DNA from: Octopus bimaculoides
Taxonomy: Eukaryota
Direction of reading: 5' to 3'
DNA: 64,000 nucleotides
NCBI RefSeq assembly: GCF_001194135.2
Contig: NC_068984.1
Coordinates: 100,340,513 to 100,404,512, forward strand
A program made the position numbers and the translations under genes. The notes beneath the pieces are model-generated. The model worked only from the letters and a program-made list of their open reading frames with translations. It had not been told where the DNA came from and did not search any database. Shown here piece after piece: positions 1-12,341 of this stretch; the first letter of the stretch is position 1; every line of letters begins with the position of its first letter.

Positions 1-393
1 ATAGAGGTCCAACTCCATTTTGCCAGCTGAGTGAACTGGAGCAACATGAAATAAAGTTTCTTATTCAAAGAAACAATATGCCACCAGGCATTGAACACAT
101 GACCCTAACCACTAAGCCACAAGAACATTAACATTGTCTTAGATTCCTCTAAAAAAAGCAAGAATGTCTGATTATAGATCTGATCAATCAAAGTTGACCT
201 GAGGTTAAATAATAACAACAAAAAATTGGGTGGGGAAAGAACAGACCTCCTGCCAAATACTTATGTTAGCAAGTTAAGTAAATGATTGGCTTAAGAAACA
301 GGTTTGAACCCGAATATCACCAGAGGGAAACAAGAATTCTGACAGGTTTTCACTGACAAAGACAGAAAGAAGTTAAAAAGAAAATTCCCTTAC

Positions 394-695
394 AAAACAC
401 ATCTTTGTTAGTGACCTGTGTAAATAGCATGATCTACGAAGCCATTGAGAGTACAGGTACATAAGCTGAAGAACATCTATGAGTTCATTCAATTCCTCTG
501 CTTTTCTAGATATAACCATCCCATCTCTCTGATGTGGCCACTTGTCTAATCCTAGATTCTTGCATGTGGCTCCTGATTTCAAAGACAACAAGTGGGAGAT
601 AATGTAGTGAAGGGTAGATTGTGGCTGGGAAAATAGGGTGGTTATGACTAAGACATCTTTAATCAAGAGGCTGCTGCACCAAAGCTGATTTGGGT
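394..695 (-). CDS. Candidate internal coding exon (302 nt, phase 1 to phase 0), product unknown
   Basis: Acceptor tatttgcttttactcag|AC and donor TTT|GTAAGG bracket an open frame of 100 codons (xPNQLWCSSLLIKD...RSLTKMCF). The other two minus frames stop early. It is not a recognisable repeat, and I recognise no protein family. Confidence 0.5.
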
Positions 696-1025
696 CTGAG
701 TAAAAGCAAATATAGAACATACACAATTGAAACATTACATACAAGACCACTAACTATACTAAGTTTTCTGACAATTTTTAACAGATACAAGATCAAACAT
801 TGTGGGTAAGGAAAACTAGTCAATAATGTCAATCTCTAATGATGATTATAGCTACAAATAGGTCAAGATTAGGTGTTGATGATAATGACAATGATTATTG
901 GCAGATTTATCACAATGCGGCTTCTCTGTCAATCACTTGCCAGCATTGAGAAAGAGAAATATTAAAATGGAGAGGGACAATGTTGAGAGGATGTGAAGGA
1001 TTTTTTTAAACCATTTTTTACCATT

Positions 1026-1410
1026 GGCGCAGGAGTGGCTGTGTGGTAAGTAGCTTGCTTACCAACCACATGGTTCCAGGTTCATTCCCACTGCATGGCA
1101 CCTTGGGCAAGTGTCTTCTATTATAGCCTTGGGCCGACGAAAGCCTTATGAGTGGATTTGGTAGACGGAAACTGAAAGAAGCCTGTCGTATATATGCAGA
1201 GATATGTATGTATGTATGTGTGTGTGTGTGTGTGTGTGTGTTTGTCCTCCCAACATCGCTTGATAACCGATGCTGGTGTGTTTACATCCCCGTAACTTAG
1301 CGGTTCAGCAAAAAGAGACTGATTGAATAAGTACTAGGCTTACAAAGAATAAGTCAATTTGTGGTGCTCTAGCATGGCCGCAGACAAATGACTGAAACAA
1401 GTAAAGATAA
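1026..1410 (+). mobile_element. tRNA-derived SINE, family A (ggcgcaggagtggctgtgtggtaag head; octopus OK/OR-like)
   Basis: A-box-like tggctgtgtgg, B-box-like ggttcattcc, and an internal (TG)n. Other copies lie at about 6742-6960(+), 8125-8450(-), 10880-11292(-), 24620-25100(-), 25172-25570(+), 27780-28195(+), 31250-31420(-), 57725-58060(+), 58075-59175(+, split) and 59250-59905(-). Exact family name needs a repeat library. Confidence 0.85.
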
Positions 1411-1869
1411 CCAGGGAAAGATGGAGATCCCTCAAGGCTCTGAGCTGCTCAAATAACCCCCTATCACTAATCAACTCAAAAGTTCATTCCACCTCTCTCT
1501 CAAACATACATAAGTGGTCTTCCTTCCTCCTCATCACTACCATTCTTGATTCACCCTGTCCCGACTTCCTGTCTCAATACTACAGGGAGCGTATTCAAAG
1601 GTTACTAATAGCTGTGTATGTGTGTCCTATTCAAGTGAGATAGACCACCACTACCATATACATTCTCATTCAGCTGGCAAAAATGAGAAGTACTTGTATT
1701 TCAAAGGGCCAGCCTTGTCACACTGTCTCTCCGTGAAAGATACATTAAGGGTACACATGTTTGTGGAGTGCTCAGCCACATGCATGTTAATTTCATGAGC
1801 TGGCTGTTCTGTTGATTGGTTCAACTCGAACCCTCATTGTCATAACCAATGGAGTGACATATACTGGTG

Positions 1870-2360
1870 TAAGGAGTACTTTATAACTAGGATGGTAGTG
1901 CTTGTGATGAGGGATGGTAGCCTGTTGGAGGGGAAGATGTGGGATACTACACAGCCTGTGGCTGTTGAGGGCTTAATAGTATTGTGGTGGGGGAACCATA
2001 GTGATAATGATAGATTATTGGTAGTGTGTAGTTTGACAATAGTGATTGCTATAGAGTGTATGGTGGTGGTTGTGGTTAGTGGTGATAATAGTACTGAAGT
2101 TACAGAAAAGAAATTTTAGTGATAGTAATAGTGATGATAGTGGTAATGATAGGGGTAGGGAGGCTGTGGTGATGATGATGATGATGGCAGTGATAGTGAT
2201 GGTAGCAGTGTGGGTGATTGTGATTATGATTATAATGATGGTGGTTGTGCTGGGGACACTAGTGGTTGTAGGGTGGGTGATAGTAAATGATGGCCGTTTT
2301 GATGATAGTAACAATGATGGTTGTGGTAGTGGTGACAGTGATGGTTGTTCATGAAACTAG
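1870..2360. repeat. GGT/GAT/AGT trinucleotide low-complexity tract
   Basis: Degenerate triplet repeats producing spurious V/M/T/I-rich ORFs. Confidence 0.85.
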
Positions 2361-4714
2361 TAATAAGTTCTAATGGACAACTGGTATGGCAGCTAACACA
2401 GCACCACCACTACCAGACACACAATCCAGTTCAAACATGACAACAACTATAACGAAACACAGCCAAAAGATTATTTCCTTTTTTGTTGATTTACTAATTC
2501 CTGAGTTTAAAGAGTGTGAAGGAGGTGGAGGACGAGAGAGGAATGAATGCAAATTACTGTAGTAAACCTGTGGAATGTTAAGCTGTTAACTTACTGCTGC
2601 ATACATGTGTGTGTGTGTGTTTGTGGTGGAGCTAGGTGAGGGGGATCTTAAACAGCCTTCTATGTTAAATAATAACAATAATAATGATGATTTCAAATTT
2701 TGGCACAGGGCCAGCAGGTTCAGGAGAAGGGTAAGTTCATTACATTGACCCTGGTATTCAACTGATACTCATTTTATTGACCCCGAAAGGATGAACAGCA
2801 AAGTCGGTGGAATTTGAACTCAGAATGTGAAGACAGACGAAATGCTGCTAAATATTTTGCGCAGCATGCTAACAACTCTGCCAGCACAATAATAATAATG
2901 ATTTATTTGCCACAAGGGTGTTGGATGGAAAGTTCATTATAAAGACACCTTAGACAGTGTGGTAGTGGGGAAATGGAAGGCGATATGGATGATACGGTCT
3001 ACTTGATAGAGAATGACCTCCATCTAGAACCAATAGGTGAATTCCAACAGAACCAAGATCACCATGACTATCAAAAGCAAGCACCCTATTCTAAGTGTTG
3101 CTCTGTTCAAACCCTTTTTGACAGTCATTCATCCAGCGACAAATTCAACGGCGGAGAACATTTCATTACTTTCCCTTTTCCAAGTAGAACTTGAAAAGTT
3201 AAGGGTTTGACAGGAGAGGAAAGTTTCCGACTTTAATCTTTTCAGCATCACAGCAATAATAAAAACAATAATTATTCTTGAGTAAGGTATAAGGCAAGTA
3301 ATTTTGAGGCAATGGGGGTGAGGTCTACTTGACTGGTAGTTTATTTTATCAACCCTGGAGGAATGAATAGCAAAGTTGACCTCAGTGGAATTTGAACTCA
3401 GAAAGTAAAGAACAGAAATAAATACTGCAAAGCATTTTTGCCAATGCTCTAATGATTCTGCCAATGATCTAATGATACTGAAAGTTCCAAACATATATAT
3501 ATATATAAGATCTGAAATTTGAGGAGAGGGATACAGCTAATTATCTCCCCACTCCAAGTACGCAATTAGCATTTTATTTTATTAACCCCCAGAAAGATAA
3601 AAGGCAAGATTTGAATAGCTACCACAGAGTAGTCCAGTCTGCCTAGCTGTAAATAGGTACCATGGAATAGTAGAGCCCTTCAAGCTGTATATAGGTACCA
3701 CTCACTAAAACCTACAGTAGTACTATAAAATAAACAAGTTTTGTTTGCTCACATTACTGAATTTCCATTTGTGTTCTCAGTTCATCATGAAAAAACTGAA
3801 CAACAAAGGCCTTGATTTTTTTCAGTTATTAGAGTTAGGCCTGCATGGAAATACTAAACACTTCAGCCCGCCACCTTCAGTTCTTATGATCCTGTATGAT
3901 TATGGAAGCACTAGACTGCACAGTCCTGTACCAACTAATTCTTATGGTCTTTATAGACACCAAACAAAGTTACTTATACACCCCTTCGGTTCTAAACCCA
4001 CCAACTCCATATCACTATTGCTCATGTGAAAATGAATTAATGAACTGTTTTTTGTTGACACTTTGAAAGTATCCTCTTCTTACGTCAAAACTAACCTTTG
4101 ACCTTGACAAAAGCCTGAAATGTCATGATCTCACCCATACAGCCCATTCCCTGGTTAATCTGAAGTTTCAAGCTCATGCAAGAAAATGAAAAATTTAAAT
4201 GAAAAGACAAGATACACACGAAAAAAAATTTTTAATATAAAAAAAGAAAACCCTTATCAATAAGTTGAATTGCAGAACTCAAAGTCAACAGAGACAATTC
4301 TAAAATTATCAGAAAACTTCATATGAAAATTCTAATTCCTGATCAGAGAATGAAATTCAAAATACTAATGTCATTGTACTTGCTTATGGAAAATTGATAA
4401 ACTTGTGTCAAACAAATATTTCACACATTTAAAAACAACTGAAGAATATATACTCAAACTATTAGAAATAGCAGGCAAATGTCCCGCAAATTATACACTA
4501 TTATCTTAAAGAATGGACACAGTGACAGAAATGAAGATGAGTTATACATGGCTGAAATGTCTGAACACAGACTTGCTCAACCAGGGCTGGCTTGGCGTTA
4601 TAAAACAACAAAAGGAAATCCATATAACATCACCTAACATCTGCTCACAAATTTCTGTCTGTTACAAACTATTATTAATATATTAGGGCAGTGAGCCCTA
4701 ATATATTAAAAAGG

Positions 4715-5690
4715 CAGTGAGCTGGCAGAATTGCTATTGTGCCACGCAAAATGTTCAGCAGCCTTTTGTTTGTCTATGTTCTGAGTTCAAATTCTACCAA
4801 GGTCAACTTTGCCTTTCATCGCTTTCAGGGGAGATAAAATAAGTACCAGTTGAGCACTGGGGTCACTGTAATCAACTTAGCCCCTCCCCCAAACCTTGCT
4901 GACCTTGTGCTAAAATTTGAAGTCAGTATATTTAGGTAGTGGATTGGCAAAATTATTAGAACATGGGAAACAATGACTACCTATATTTCTTCCAGTTCTT
5001 TACATTCTCAAGTTCAAATCCTGTCGACTTTGTCTTTCATGCTGTCAACTTTGCCTTTCATCCTTTTAAGGATCAATAAGAACATCAGTCTAAAACTAAA
5101 AAGACAATATAATCAACTAGCTCCAAATTTCAAGACATGTGAATAATGCTTTGTAATATTTCTTTTGAATCTTAATGTTCTAAGCTCAAATCAAGTTGAG
5201 GTCAACTTTGCCTTTCATCTTTCCTGGGTTGATATAATAAAGTACAATTAGTGTTGATAAAACTGCTGGCCTTAAGGTGGCAAGCAAACAAAATCATTAG
5301 CATGCTGGGCAAAATGCATAGCAGTGTTTCATCTATATTTATGCTATGAATTCAAATTTCATCTAGGTCAACACTGCCTTTCATACTTTTGGGGTTGATG
5401 AAATTAGTACTAGTTAAGCACTGGAGTTGATATAATCAGTGTGTCTTGTCCTCCAAAATTTCAGGCCTTGTGCCCATAGCAGATAGAATTTGTTTTACTA
5501 TTATTATAATTGTGGAAGCGAGTTGGCAGAACCATTAGCAAGCTGAGCAAAAAGCTTAGCAGCATTTCATCCATCCTTTTGTTCTGAGTTCAAATTCTGC
5601 CAAGGTCGACTTTTGATGAACTCAACTAGTGCACTCCCACAAAATGTGAGGCCTTGTGCCTACTGCAGAATGAAATATTATCATCATCAT
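4715..5690 (+). mobile_element. Head-to-tail array of about 5 family B SINEs (gagctggcagaatc...gtcgactttgcctttcatcc)
   Basis: Repeated A-box-like gagctggcagaa, B-box-like gagttcaaattc and shared core. CpGs are mostly decayed. Other copies lie at about 2690-2890(-), 3300-3480(-), 6280-6600(+), 9920-10050(+), 19500-19900(-), 21820-22020(-), 23190-23390(+) and 25580-25740(+). Confidence 0.8.
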
Positions 5691-7107
5691 CAGCTTACTA
5701 GACAAATGCCTTCACTCACTAGCATTCAAGCCCCTTCCCGACAGATTGTTTTCCTCTCAGCCTCTGTAAACACTACTGCAATGGTCTCAGAGGGTTATCA
5801 CTGATTTGATTAAAGTCTGGAAGCCTCTACAGTTCTTCCTCATCACTTCACTTTTGCAGGGTATTCCAGCAACCCATTAAAAACTTTCATGAACAGGTTA
5901 TGTCTTCATGGTAAATCAGTTCTGCTGAGCCCATCCCTCCTTAAGCTCTACAACCTAGAAATAGAGTTGAACTTAGCACTGTTGAATAACAAACACTCAA
6001 CAACAGTAAATAAATTGATGGTCACCTGACTCATATTTACAGTTAGGTGAACTGGGCTATATGACAGCTAAGTGCTTGAACTTTTTCTTTTTTCTTTCTC
6101 TCATTCCATATGCTGACTGTGGTTCTGTTACACATGTTTTGAATTATTATATCAAACATTTGCTGGTTAAAACTGAACCATGCCATCGATACCAAGTTAT
6201 CCATAAATCTCACAATCTACCCCTGGCAAGGAAAGCTTGAAATAGCTATGAGTCTGTGCTCACACAAATAAGAGAAACTGATGTTTGTGGTCCTTGGTTA
6301 TATTCCTTTATGTTCTGAGATCAGATCTTGCTAAGGTTGACTTCATCATTTATCCTTCATGGGTCAATAAAAAGCACCAGCCACGTACTGAAGTCTAACT
6401 TCTCTCTCTCTTCCAAAGATTTGCTTTTGTGCAAGAAATTATTCTTCTTATTCTTCTAATTATTATTATATATGGTGGTGGAATTGATAGAGTACATGAC
6501 AAAATATTTAGTTACATCTTCTTACATTCTGAGATCAAATCCAGTTATGGTCAACTTTGATTTTCATCTTTCAGAGGTCAACAAAATAAGTAAAAAGTTT
6601 TGATTTATTGAACTGTGTCACTACCCACCACCTTGAAGATTGGTCACGGTCCAGTGACAGATACAAGTGAGAGGATGAAATTTTAAAAAAAAAAGAGGTA
6701 ATAAAAGACCAAATGCAAAAAGATCTTACAGACACAGGCATGGTTGTGTGGATGTAGAGTTTATGGAACCATATGGTTACAGGTTATAACCACTGCATGG
6801 TACCTTAAGCGATTATTTCCTTATAGATACAAGCTGACCAATACTTTGTGAATGAAACTGACAGATGCTGTAATATATGTGTGCATCTGTGTGTGATCTG
6901 CACATCTTAGCATGACATTGTTTAAGCAAAACAGTGATGCAGGGATTTATAATAAGTCTTGTAGCTCTGCACTTTCAACACCCAATGGAATTTAAAAAAT
7001 CCCTTACTTGTAAATCAGACAAGAGCATGAAGGGCATTGTTAGTATAATATTATCATAAGTTTTAATTTAACTTATGCTAAGTCAGTCTTGATAGAGAAG
7101 ACTATAA

Positions 7108-7387
7108 TCAAGGACATTCCTAATCCTTTAGCAATTAAACCAATCATATCCAGTCAAAATAATCTACCTCTTTTATCTTCAGACTGGCCATATCCGACCA
7201 AAATAATTTACCTGTTTTATCTTGAAATCAGCCAGACCTGGCTTCTCACACTTACCCTACAATATTATTCTAAAAATAAACAATCACATCATCAAAATCT
7301 CAGAACAACAAGGTAATGCATGATTAATTCAAAACAATGTGAATAAATATCACATTTGACAAAGAAATCTGAATGCTAAAGGGTTAA
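7108..7387. mobile_element. piggyBac-like MITE
   Basis: Termini taatcctttagca ... tgctaaagggttaa (TTAA-CCC/GGG-TTAA type), with an internal tandem duplication of about 43 bp. Confidence 0.6.
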
Positions 7388-7686
7388 GACAATACTGTGT
7401 GACTTGAGGAGAGCTGAATGGTATTTCTAGCAGGTAAAACTACAACATACAGGCTCCCTGAAATTGCAACATAAATAAGTGAAATGGAATTATTATTATT
7501 TGAGAATATTCATCTGTGTGAACAAAACTAGATTACCTGCTAGAATGTGTATATAGATTCCGTTATAAGTAGCACATGGAGTTAATAAAAAAAAAACATT
7601 TGAACATATCTGGGCAAGATCAAGAACTTCAGACCTATGGGATCCAATCTGTTAAAATGCATATCTTGACTTTCAGATTTGTATTA

Positions 7687-7747
<61 letters not shown>

Positions 7748-8102
7748 NNNNNNNNNNNNNNNNNNNNNNNNNNNNNNNNNNNNNNNNNNNNNNNNNNNNN
7801 NNNNNNNNNNNNNNNNNNNNNNNNNNNNNNNNNNNNNNNNNNNNNNNNNNNNNNNNNNNNNNNNNNNNNNNNNNNNNNNNNNNNNNNNNNNNNNNNNNNN
7901 NNNNNNNNNNNNNNNNNNNNNNNNNNNNNNNNNNNNNNNNNNNNNNNNNNNNNNNNNNNNNNNNNNNNNNNNNNNNNNNNNNNNNNNNNNNNNNNNNNNN
8001 NNNNNNNNNNNNNNNNNNNNNNNNNNNNNNNNNNNNNNNNNNNNNNNNNNNNNNNNNNNNNNNNNNNNNNNNNNNNNNNNNNNNNNNNNNNNNNNNNNNN
8101 NN
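7748..8102. other. Assembly gap (N run)
   Basis: Other gaps: 31460-31824, 35143-35151, 53532-53544, 55235-55325, 56421-56866, 62216-62282. Each abuts a microsatellite on at least one side. Confidence 1.
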
Positions 8103-8458
8103 TATATATATATATATATATATGTATATCCCAGTACTTACTCTTTATAAGTCTGGTACTTATTCTATCGTTTTCTCTTGCCAAACCGCTAAGTTATAGG
8201 GAAGAAAACACACCAGCACCTGTTGTCAAGCAGTGGTGGGGGACAAACACAGACACAAAGATACACATACATAGACATATATATGCATATATATGATGGG
8301 CTTCTTTCAGTTTCCATCTATCAAATCCACTCACAAGGCTTTGGTCGGCCCGAGGCTATAGCAGAAGACACTTGTCAACGATGCCATGCAGTGGGACAGA
8401 ACCTGGAACCATGTGGTTGAGAAGCAAGCTTTCTACCACACACCCACATCTGTGCATA

Positions 8459-8507
<49 letters not shown>

Positions 8508-11334
8508 TATATTCATGGATTAAGAAGTTTATTTTTCAAGTGTGAGGTCTTGAGTTAAATCCTATGGTGTATGTATGTGTGTGTATACATGTAATACACA
8601 AGCGCAGTGGTGAGTCTGCTTTATGGAAAAAAGTTTATACTGGGTATAATTAACCTAAGTAAATTAAAATCATTTTTCTTCTTCAAAAACAGATATTCAG
8701 TCAGGTGGGTGGGTTCAACAAGCAACTGATTTGAGAGCAATAACTCTAGGTTCAATGGCTTTTAGAAAAAGTATATAAATTCTAAAATTTTCACACTCCT
8801 CCTGACCTTCTACATTGTTCATGACATATACATGTTAATACAAATACAACAAACATAAAACAAGAGATACAAAACAGTAACACACACACATATATATACA
8901 TACAACAGCACCACACACAGACATGACAGTAACACAAACACACACACACATACAGCAGCAGCATCATAAACACACAGCATACTTAAATACATTGCACACA
9001 GTAACATCAGTTACAGAGCTTCGTTATTAAGAACGACAAGACAAGGTTTGTATGCACCAGCATGCAACTACTAATGTGCAGTATAAGGAAAACTAGTCTT
9101 CCAATAAACTAATTTAAAAGATTGGCTCTAGAGGTGGCTATAGTTATAGTCAATAATATAGTTTTAAGTTAGGTGTTTATAGTCAACAATATGGCTTTAT
9201 AGGTTGGATACAATAAATAGAATAGCTTTATGTGGTGGGTTTAGAATGAAGTGAAATATAACTTAATTTCTAATTTAGGCTCAAAGAAGGAGGATGCAGT
9301 CAATCAAATCCAGGTTAACTGGTTTTTGATTCTTATTTCATTGACTGCTGAAAGGAGTCTCAATGACAGACAAAAAATAGAATAATAGAAAGGTGCTAGA
9401 AATAGAAGAAACCTAATTGTTTTTAAAAAGAACATATTAAACAATGTAGTCCTGGATACACTGTGTATTTGATCAAGAGACAGAATGATCATAGCTGGAA
9501 CAACTTTGATAACAGTCTGTTGATTCAATGTTGACTTGGGAGCGAATAACAAAGAACACAAATAATCAATTATATATCTATTGATTAAAACACAGTAGAC
9601 TGATGACAGATGGAATACCTCTGATCACAAATCTGTTCGATGAGGGTTGATCTAGGGGTTACTTAACAACACAGAAGGAAGAAAGGCAAAATAAAACCTA
9701 GAGAAATTTCAAATTAGAACACAAGCCCAAATATTACAAGGTGGTTTACTTGCCAAGCTCCACTGTCTGCTTTGGCATGGTTTCTACAACTGGATACCCT
9801 ACATAATGCCAACAACATTAGAATGTACTGTGTGTTTTTATGTGGCACCAGCATCCATGAGATCACCAAGTAACTTGCAAGACAAGACCCCCCTCAACTG
9901 AATAAATAATAATTGTTAACATAAGGTGGCAAGCTGGCAGAATCATTAGTATGCTGGGCAAAATGCTTTGTAGCATTTTTACATTCTGAATTCAAATTCT
10001 GCCAAGGTCAAATTTACCTTTTATCCTTTCGGGGTTGATAAAATGAGTATCATGATTTAGTTCTCCTGATCTCATGTTAGTCAAAGATAAGGGTGGTGCT
10101 CCTTTTCTGAGGAGGGGAAATTCATGTCCAGTAGAGATCTTCCAGTTTCTTATTTACTTAAGAGAACAACAGGATGTTTTCACATCATCAGCAATCTCCA
10201 CAGTTAAGGCTTTCAAATGCATAACTGTAAATTTACCAACATTATACATGGTTTCAGGTATTCTGATTTACACTTTCTTCTCTAATTCCCTCTCCCTTCT
10301 CTCCAAATACACTCATATACATAGAGAGAGACAGAAAGACAGACAGACAGATACATACACCTATACATATACACACAACACCTGAGAACAAGTACCACTG
10401 ACCAAGGCCACCTGTTATCAATTACTTGTTATAAACCATTGAAATGTTTGTCATTAATAGCTGCTGATACCAGCATGACCAAACAGGTGTTAAACTGTTG
10501 ATGACTGATTGAACAGACGTTTGCAAATGGTTAAAAGATGAGTTGCACAGCAAAAGACCTATCCTGCAGTGTCAGGCAAATATACACTCCACATATGTCT
10601 ACACTACCAACCATTTTCTACATTCCAGAAGTCCAGATTGTCAACCACACTCTACATACAACATGCCAACTACATTTTAAGTAACACAACAAGCAATGAC
10701 AAAAATGATATAAAAGATCTTGGATTTGGTAAAAATACAGTATAAATACAGTATTTAAAGCCTATGATCAATAGAACAGGCTCTATTTATACTATAACTA
10801 TCCAATCAGCTACCTCAGAGTCCAAGGATTAGTTTTACTCACTGTCCAATCAGCTACCTACATCTACATGAATTTCTTTTTTAAATGCATTCTTTACCTT
10901 TTACTTGTTTCAGTCGTCAGCTTCCACCTATGCTGCATTATCACCTTGAAGGGTTTAGTCAAACAAACTGACCTCAGCACTAATTATTAGAAAGTCTGGT
11001 ACTTATTGTATCAGGCACTTTTGCCAAGCCTCTAAGTTTTGAGGACATAAACGAACCAAGATGGGCTTTCAAGCAGAGGCGGGGCACAACAAAGACACAC
11101 AAACACACATATGCATGTCTATATATATACACACACAATGGGCTTCTTTCAATTTCCATTCACCATATCCACTCACATGGTTTTGGTCAGCATGAGGCCA
11201 TAGTAGAAGACACCTGTCTAAGGTGCCATGCAGTGGGACTGAACCCCAAACCATATGGTTGGGAAGCAAGTTTTTAACCACACATCCATGCCTGTAAGGT
11301 CACTAGAAAATGTCTCTGAAGTTAGTTTGACAAA

Positions 11335-11366
<32 letters not shown>

Positions 11367-11799
11367 TGCGTGCGTGCGTGTGCCACAAATCCTTATGACT
11401 ACTACTACATTGTCATCTAATGTAACAGTAACCCATGAGAATAATAACATCATTGTTATTATTGTTCAGTAGAAAACTATATACAGCAGACTTTTCCGGT
11501 GAAGCTGTCTTTATATAAACACACCCAATCTATTCTGACACAGAAGTTTTGGTAGCAAAAGAAGCGAGCCAGCCATTTACAAAAGGGAGAAAAACTCACA
11601 AAATGCTAATGTAAAAATGTAGCAATGTAGACTTATAAAACCTGAAGCAAAATGAATAAATAGATAGAGAAATTGACTATGTTTGGGCTAAATTTATCTT
11701 AAAATTAGATGGGTATTTTTTCAAAGATTACAAAATGTAGTATTGGTGATGGTTGCAGAGCTAGCGATGGTTGTAGTGTTAGTTGGTGCTTGATATAGA

Positions 11800-12150
11800 T
11801 CAGTGGTTCACAAGCAGGAACCAATATAAGGTTTTGTTGTTGAAATTTATGCGCAATAAATTTGGTTATACTCCTACAATACACAAAATATTTTAACAAT
11901 TTGTTTTATACAATTCCTAATAATACTTAATTATAGAAATATAATGTAGCTTTTTTAAACATTCAATGGAGCCTGGTGTTGCCATCCGGTTTCACCAGTC
12001 CTCAGTCAAATCGTCCAACCCATGCTAGCATGGAAAGCGGACGTTAAACGATGATGATGATGATGATGATGATGAATGTTTATGGGGGTCCAGTAGAGTA
12101 AAATAGGAAACAAAGGGGTCCATAGGCAAAAAAAATGATTGAGAACCACC
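11800..12150. mobile_element. hAT-like MITE relic hosting the RTE tail
   Basis: cagtggttcacaa ... ttgagaaccac resembles CAGTGGTTCTCAA termini; no clear TSD. Confidence 0.35.
11967..12074 (+). mobile_element. Young RTE-type 3' tail fragment ending in (GAT)n
   Basis: tggagcctggtgttgccatccgg...catggaaagcggacgttaaacgatgatgat. Near-identical copies lie at 33331-33440 (+), about 59510-59620 (-) and partially at 56867-56905. Confidence 0.85.
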
Positions 12151-12292
12151 AACATGGAGAGAGACTCTCAAGAAGGAACTTAAGTAAACAGAAATAAAGA
12201 AAATTTCTGGAATGACTTTCTAAAATCAATGAAAATGTCACAACAGGAATCAAACAGACATACTTTATGTTATGAAACTATGTTAGAAAGCG

Positions 12293-12341
<49 letters not shown>

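Noticed and set aside
1026-1100. tRNA gene suggested by A/B boxes
   Set aside because: The boxes belong to multi-copy SINE heads; no cloverleaf was seen.
7576-8296. ORFs spanning N runs (also at 31.3-31.9 kb and 56.3-57.0 kb)
   Set aside because: Artefacts of assembly gaps and dinucleotide repeats.
11957-12081. 9-bp inverted flanks (aaacattca / tgaatgttt) around the RTE tail
   Set aside because: Short and AT-rich, partly overlapping the (GAT)n tail; likely coincidental.
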